From positions 1 to 10,657 of the forward strand of contig DXJF01000023.1 of NCBI GenBank assembly GCA_019057375.1: 10,657 bases of DNA, read 5' to 3'. Shown here one piece after another: positions 7,618 through 10,657 of the stretch. Both the position numbers and the translations under genes were made by a program. The notes beneath the pieces are model-generated. The model made no database searches. It was not told the origin of the DNA and saw only the letters and a list, made by a program, of their open reading frames with translations. This DNA is from Candidatus Heimdallarchaeota archaeon (GTDB lineage: Archaea; Asgardarchaeota; Heimdallarchaeia; Heimdallarchaeales; Heimdallarchaeaceae). Numbering within the stretch: the first letter of the stretch is position 1; each line of letters opens with the position of its first letter.

Positions 7618-7938
7618 TCATGAAAAGACCCCCTTATTAGAAGCCTGTCTACTTGCTTCATCTGATGTGAGTTGGTCTAGTATCTGTAAGAGTTGTTCAT
7701 AAGGAATTAATCTCGGTGGATAATGGCAAATGATCTTTAATCCAGTTGCATGATGTTGAAAAATAATAGAATGGTTATTTTTGATAACTTTATTTATTTC
7801 GAAAAGCTGTCTCAAGAAACTAATTACCTTGATAAATTCCTTTATTTTGTCTTTTTTCTGTACTGCTTGTTCTATATGATAATCAGTAGCAATGGTTGCT
7901 AATTTATCAAAATTATTGTTAGAGCTAATTATCCTCAT
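7618..7938 (-). CDS. Hypothetical protein, 106 aa; weak HicA-like (dsRBD-fold) pattern, alternatively a recombination directionality factor
   Basis: ATG overlaps the recombinase 3' end by 14 bp. Segment KVISFLRQLFEINKVIKNNHSIIFQHHATGLKIICHYPPRLIPYEQLLQILDQL loosely resembles the HicA helix-beta3-helix pattern. Judged by eye only. Confidence 0.5.
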   Translation of the reverse strand: MRIISSNNNFDKLATIATDYHIEQAVQKKDKIKEFIKVISFLRQLFEINKVIKNNHSIIFQHHATGLKIICHYPPRLIPYEQLLQILDQLTSDEASRQASNKGVFS

Positions 7939-8713
7939 CCTCCAGTGTTCCTATTATTGGTTCAACTCTGTAAGCTACCTTCCCCCTGAAGAGATATTCC
8001 CCTGTTCGATAAATTGGATTTCTTACCATATAGGATAATGTACTAGTAGGAATCTTGAATTTATGACTAATTCTGGAATAAGAATAATTATTATCAAACA
8101 TACGAAAAATTTCAATGATTAAAGATCTAAGCTCTTCATCAACAACTAATTTACCTTCAATTATTTTATAACCATAAGGAGCTCGAGACATTACTTTTTC
8201 ATCTTTAAGCCTTCTTTCTATCCCCTGCTCGCTTTTCAATCTAGTTTTTCTTAATTCTTCCTCTCCCATAACATCATAGATCCTTTTCTTAAGATTAGAA
8301 TCATCATCTTCAGTAGAAAGAATTTCAACACACAGTTTCCTAAGCAAAATAGCAGTATAACCTAGATAATCTACATCTCTAGCTATACGATCCCGAGTTT
8401 GTACCCAGACTTCTTTAATAGGACCACTAGAATTCTGCAGGTTGAAGTCTTTTGTAAATTTCAGTAGTTCTTTAAAAGCTGGCCGCTCTTCAGGTGAAAT
8501 GTCTCCTGAAACACCTTCATCAATAAAGGTCTTGATAATAGATCTAAAACCTAAAGATTCTATTTTCTTAGTAATAACATCTATTTGTGTGCTGATTCCT
8601 GATTCTTGGTTATTGGTACTAGCTCGAGAATAAACAAGAATAGGAATAGGGGTACTTTTCAAACCGCCCCCTTTAATCTCGTTACTATCTATCTTTTCCT
8701 TATCCTTTATCAC
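7925..8713 (-). CDS. Serine recombinase: catalytic domain plus short recombinase DNA-binding domain, no Zn-ribbon/coiled coil
   Basis: VYSRAS (nucleophile S32), FIDEGVSG, ERPAFKELL, DRIARD, long helix E, then RAPYGY, RNPIYRTG and EPII, ending 8 residues later. The GTG start overlaps the upstream TGA (GTGA, 8710-8713). Confidence 0.9.
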   Translation of the reverse strand: MIKDKEKIDSNEIKGGGLKSTPIPILVYSRASTNNQESGISTQIDVITKKIESLGFRSIIKTFIDEGVSGDISPEERPAFKELLKFTKDFNLQNSSGPIKEVWVQTRDRIARDVDYLGYTAILLRKLCVEILSTEDDDSNLKKRIYDVMGEEELRKTRLKSEQGIERRLKDEKVMSRAPYGYKIIEGKLVVDEELRSLIIEIFRMFDNNYSYSRISHKFKIPTSTLSYMVRNPIYRTGEYLFRGKVAYRVEPIIGTLEDEDN

Positions 8714-9657
8714 TTACAATCCCCCAATCCTTCTTTTGCTTGTTTAACCCAAGTGTCTAAAGTAGAATCCTTTTTAGAAATAGCTGTTTTTGCTTTTTCA
8801 GTTTTATCCAGTCTATTATTCAGCAAGCTAACAACTTCTTTGTAATTTTTAATATCTAAAGCACTATATCTATAAATGTTGAAAGCTCTTTTGAGTTCAT
8901 TACAAACCTGGTTAAAATGTACTCCTTCCTTTTGAGCAACGGCTTTAATTAGAAATTTGATTGTTTCTACTTGTTTTCTTATAGTTCCAGGTTCTGGAAC
9001 CTTTGAGGCTCCATTTTGACTGTCAATTTGAAACTGGTTGATTGATTTGATTTCCTTAATCTCTCGTTCAACATCTTCAAGTTTGTTATGGAAATAATTA
9101 ATTTCTCCACTATAGAAGAGATCATTGACCTTTAATTTTTCTACTTCCTTTCTAATTCTCACTTGATGGTTTTCCAAATTCACTATTGTTAAAGAATCTA
9201 TAGGAGTAATGGAGGTAGTTTGAGAAACAATTGGTTGAGAAGTAGCTTTGGAGAGCATTTTCATTGATAAAATATTTACAACCCAATCCATTATTAGAGA
9301 TCTTTCAGGAGTTTTGATTAGCATGAGAATTTTAAGAATACCAGGAAAAGTTATGAAAAGCTTAAGATTTTTATATTGGACATTCTGTCCAATATTGGAC
9401 AATCTGTCCAGAATGACATAATTTTCTAATTCATCTTTATTTCTATAGTAAGCTTTGTAAATTGAGTTTGGATTTTTAGGATAGGCAATTTTACCAAATT
9501 GATTTAGAGCTAGAACTTTTTGTCCAGCAATATGGAAAACAGGAATCTCAATACCATTAAAAAGTAAAGTTTCTGCTACTTCAGGTGGATTAAATGTCTC
9601 TTTCAAATGAGGAATGATTGAGGTTTCCTCTTCTTTATCGAATGGCATAGATTTCAT
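8710..9657 (-). CDS. Bro-N domain / ORF6C-domain phage antirepressor-like protein
   Basis: N-terminal 'FNGIEIPVF...IYKAYYRNKDEL...LFITFPGILKILM...LIMDWV' fits the Bro-N pattern, followed by a central coiled coil. C-terminal 'QVETIKFLIKAVAQKEG.HFNQVCNELKRAFNIYRYSALDIKNYKEVVSLL' fits ORF6C. Clear AGGAG SD upstream. Confidence 0.7.
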   Translation of the reverse strand: MKSMPFDKEEETSIIPHLKETFNPPEVAETLLFNGIEIPVFHIAGQKVLALNQFGKIAYPKNPNSIYKAYYRNKDELENYVILDRLSNIGQNVQYKNLKLFITFPGILKILMLIKTPERSLIMDWVVNILSMKMLSKATSQPIVSQTTSITPIDSLTIVNLENHQVRIRKEVEKLKVNDLFYSGEINYFHNKLEDVEREIKEIKSINQFQIDSQNGASKVPEPGTIRKQVETIKFLIKAVAQKEGVHFNQVCNELKRAFNIYRYSALDIKNYKEVVSLLNNRLDKTEKAKTAISKKDSTLDTWVKQAKEGLGDCK

Positions 9658-9736
9658 TTGTTACTCTCCTTTTTGGAAAACAGAAAGAAATATGCTAAAA
9701 CTTTAAGAACCAAGAAAAAGTGTTATTAATTGATTG

Positions 9737-9761
9737 AAAAGCTGGATTTAATCCAGTTTTT
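9737..9761. terminator. Inverted repeat, possible terminator/attenuator or protein-binding site
   Basis: AAAAG-CTGGATT-T-AATCCAG-TTTTT: perfect 7-bp arms extended by A/T runs, 10 bp downstream of the small RHH gene stop. Confidence 0.45.
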
Positions 9762-9771
9762 CTTTCTTCCT

Positions 9772-9930
9772 TTAATCTTCTTTTTCCTGATCCTGTTGTT
9801 CAGCTAGGTATTTCTTAACTGCTTTTTCTAGTTCTGTTTTTGCACTCCTAGCGTTTCGATGCTTTTTAAACGAAAATTCTTGAAGCTGATTATACAGCTC
9901 TTTATCTATTCTGGCTAAGGTTGATGACAT
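9772..9930 (-). CDS. Small ribbon-helix-helix (CopG/Arc-like) DNA-binding protein, 52 aa (not in ORF track)
   Basis: Hand translation: MSSTLARIDKELYNQLQEFSFKKHRNARSAKTELEKAVKKYLAEQQDQEKED*. Beta strand (TLARI), helix A (DKELYNQL), helix B (SAKTELEKAVKKYL). AGGT SD-like motif and TTATATTA box upstream on the - strand. Confidence 0.75.
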   Translation of the reverse strand: MSSTLARIDKELYNQLQEFSFKKHRNARSAKTELEKAVKKYLAEQQDQEKED

Positions 9931-9974
9931 TTTTTTTACCTATTAATATATTAGAAAATCAGTTAATATAAGGG

Positions 9975-10051
9975 TTGTCGTAACTTTGTCTGACAAAAAA
10001 GCTTATAACTTGTTAATGAGTATATTAAATAATGTCAGACAAAACAGACAA
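9975..10051. promoter_or_regulatory. Divergent promoter region with operator-like palindromes
   Basis: TTTGTC-T-GACAAA (9985-9997) and TGTC-A-GACAAAA (10033-10044, over the start codon). Extra half-sites TTGTC (9975-9979) and GACAA (10047-10051). TATA-like TTATAA (10003-10008) after an A-rich BRE-like run, ~24 bp before ATG 10032. Confidence 0.6.
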
Positions 10052-10657
10052 TCTCTTACAAAAAGTGGCTTTTAGACTATCTAATGATAAACATGAAAAA
10101 ATTAACTCTGTTTTAGAAGATGGAAAGTATTATCGTCAATCTAATTTCTTACGTAGTGCTGTTGATTTACTTCTGTTTTGGGAAAATAAACTTGACATAG
10201 AAGAGGTAACAGATCTTTCATTGAGAAAGAGTATTAAAAATCGTTTTGCTAAAGCTGAAAAAGTAGAAAAGGAGTTTCCAGAAATAAGAGCGAAGATAAT
10301 GGAAGATTATGAATTAAATAAAAGATTCCAAGCAAAGTTAATGGAAATGACTGAATCATATGAAAAAAGGCTTGAAAAGGATAGAAAGAAAATTGATAAA
10401 AAAAGAAAAGAAGATCAAAATTTTGTAGAAAAGTTTGCTCCAAGTTTAAAAGAATACGAAAAAGAAACAAAGAAAACCGCAATGGAAATAGTTCTATTCA
10501 TCATTCAATTAATAAAAAATCTATACTCGCAATTTGAAGAAAAAGAAACACCGCTTAAGATTAAGGAATGGGAAACACAAACTTTAATTGATGCTAAAAA
10601 ACTGTTTGATGAGATTACAACCGAAGATAAAAAGAAGACATCAAAAAACGATATTAA
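10032..10657 (+). CDS. 3'-partial protein with N-terminal ribbon-helix-helix domain and long coiled coil; putative repressor (not in ORF track)
   Basis: Open frame from ATG 10032 to the window end (208 codons, no stop): MSDKTDNLLQKVAFRLSNDKHEKINSVLEDGKYYRQSNFLRSAVDLLLFWE... The 'VAFRL...SNFLRSAVDLLL' segment is a typical RHH pattern, followed by an E/K-rich helical region. Confidence 0.78.
   Translation, partial: MSDKTDNLLQKVAFRLSNDKHEKINSVLEDGKYYRQSNFLRSAVDLLLFWENKLDIEEVTDLSLRKSIKNRFAKAEKVEKEFPEIRAKIMEDYELNKRFQAKLMEMTESYEKRLEKDRKKIDKKRKEDQNFVEKFAPSLKEYEKETKKTAMEIVLFIIQLIKNLYSQFEEKETPLKIKEWETQTLIDAKKLFDEITTEDKKKTSKNDI

Larger units (their letters stand above)
7365..10657. mobile_element. Left end of a provirus-like or integrative element (continues beyond window)
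   Basis: Serine recombinase ~370 bp from an att-like duplication, Bro-N/ORF6C antirepressor-like gene, two divergent RHH regulators with operator palindromes, and tightly overlapped small genes. No structural or replication genes in the window, so virus versus non-viral element is unresolved. Confidence 0.75.

Noticed and set aside
7577-7621. 14-codon - strand ORF (MISAVSSSPFENLE) overlapping the 106-aa ORF stop by ATGA
   Set aside because: Too short to support, and it does not resemble a HicB antitoxin start; probably chance.
7925-8713. IS607-family transposase or Tn3 resolvase assignment
   Set aside because: No N-terminal MerR-like HTH and no adjacent TnpB or Tn3 transposase; the C-terminus has PYGY/NPxY/EPII recombinase-domain motifs.
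8442-8845. + strand ORFs 8442..8633 and 8606..8845
   Set aside because: Antisense to the recombinase and antirepressor genes, with no motifs.
10249-10482. - strand 77-aa F/L-rich ORF
   Set aside because: It is the reverse complement of the E/K-rich + strand ORF starting at 10032, which the track missed because it has no stop in the window.
1-10657. CRISPR array, tRNA, rRNA
   Set aside because: No regularly spaced short repeats, cloverleaf-like segment or rRNA-like stretch seen; intergenic gaps are short and AT-rich.

Overview
AT-rich archaeal-style DNA. The tandem winged-helix/RING protein suggests Asgard archaea (inference only). The left part (1-6043) is a run of + strand chromosomal-type genes: a 5'-truncated tandem winged-helix + Zn-ribbon + RING-like protein, a MazG-like protein, a LolD/MacB-type ABC ATPase, and an asymmetric heterodimeric type IV ABC exporter pair. 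The last 56 codons of the second exporter gene plus about 22 bp downstream occur twice as a 194-bp, ~96% identical direct repeat (5872-6065 and 7365-7558). The two copies bracket a single M28 peptidase gene on the - strand. Right after the second copy begins the end of a provirus-like integrative element that runs off the window. It holds a 106-aa ORF (weak HicA-like pattern), a compact 262-aa serine recombinase (large-serine-recombinase-type domain without the Zn-ribbon/coiled coil), and a Bro-N/ORF6C antirepressor-like protein. It also holds two divergent ribbon-helix-helix genes missed by the ORF track, flanking TGTC-W-GACAAAA operator-like palindromes. Best reading: an integration hotspot just after the H-loop codons of an ABC exporter gene, with gene-restoring att duplication and possible tandem accretion of an integrase-less peptidase cassette. 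No rRNA, tRNA or CRISPR array was seen.
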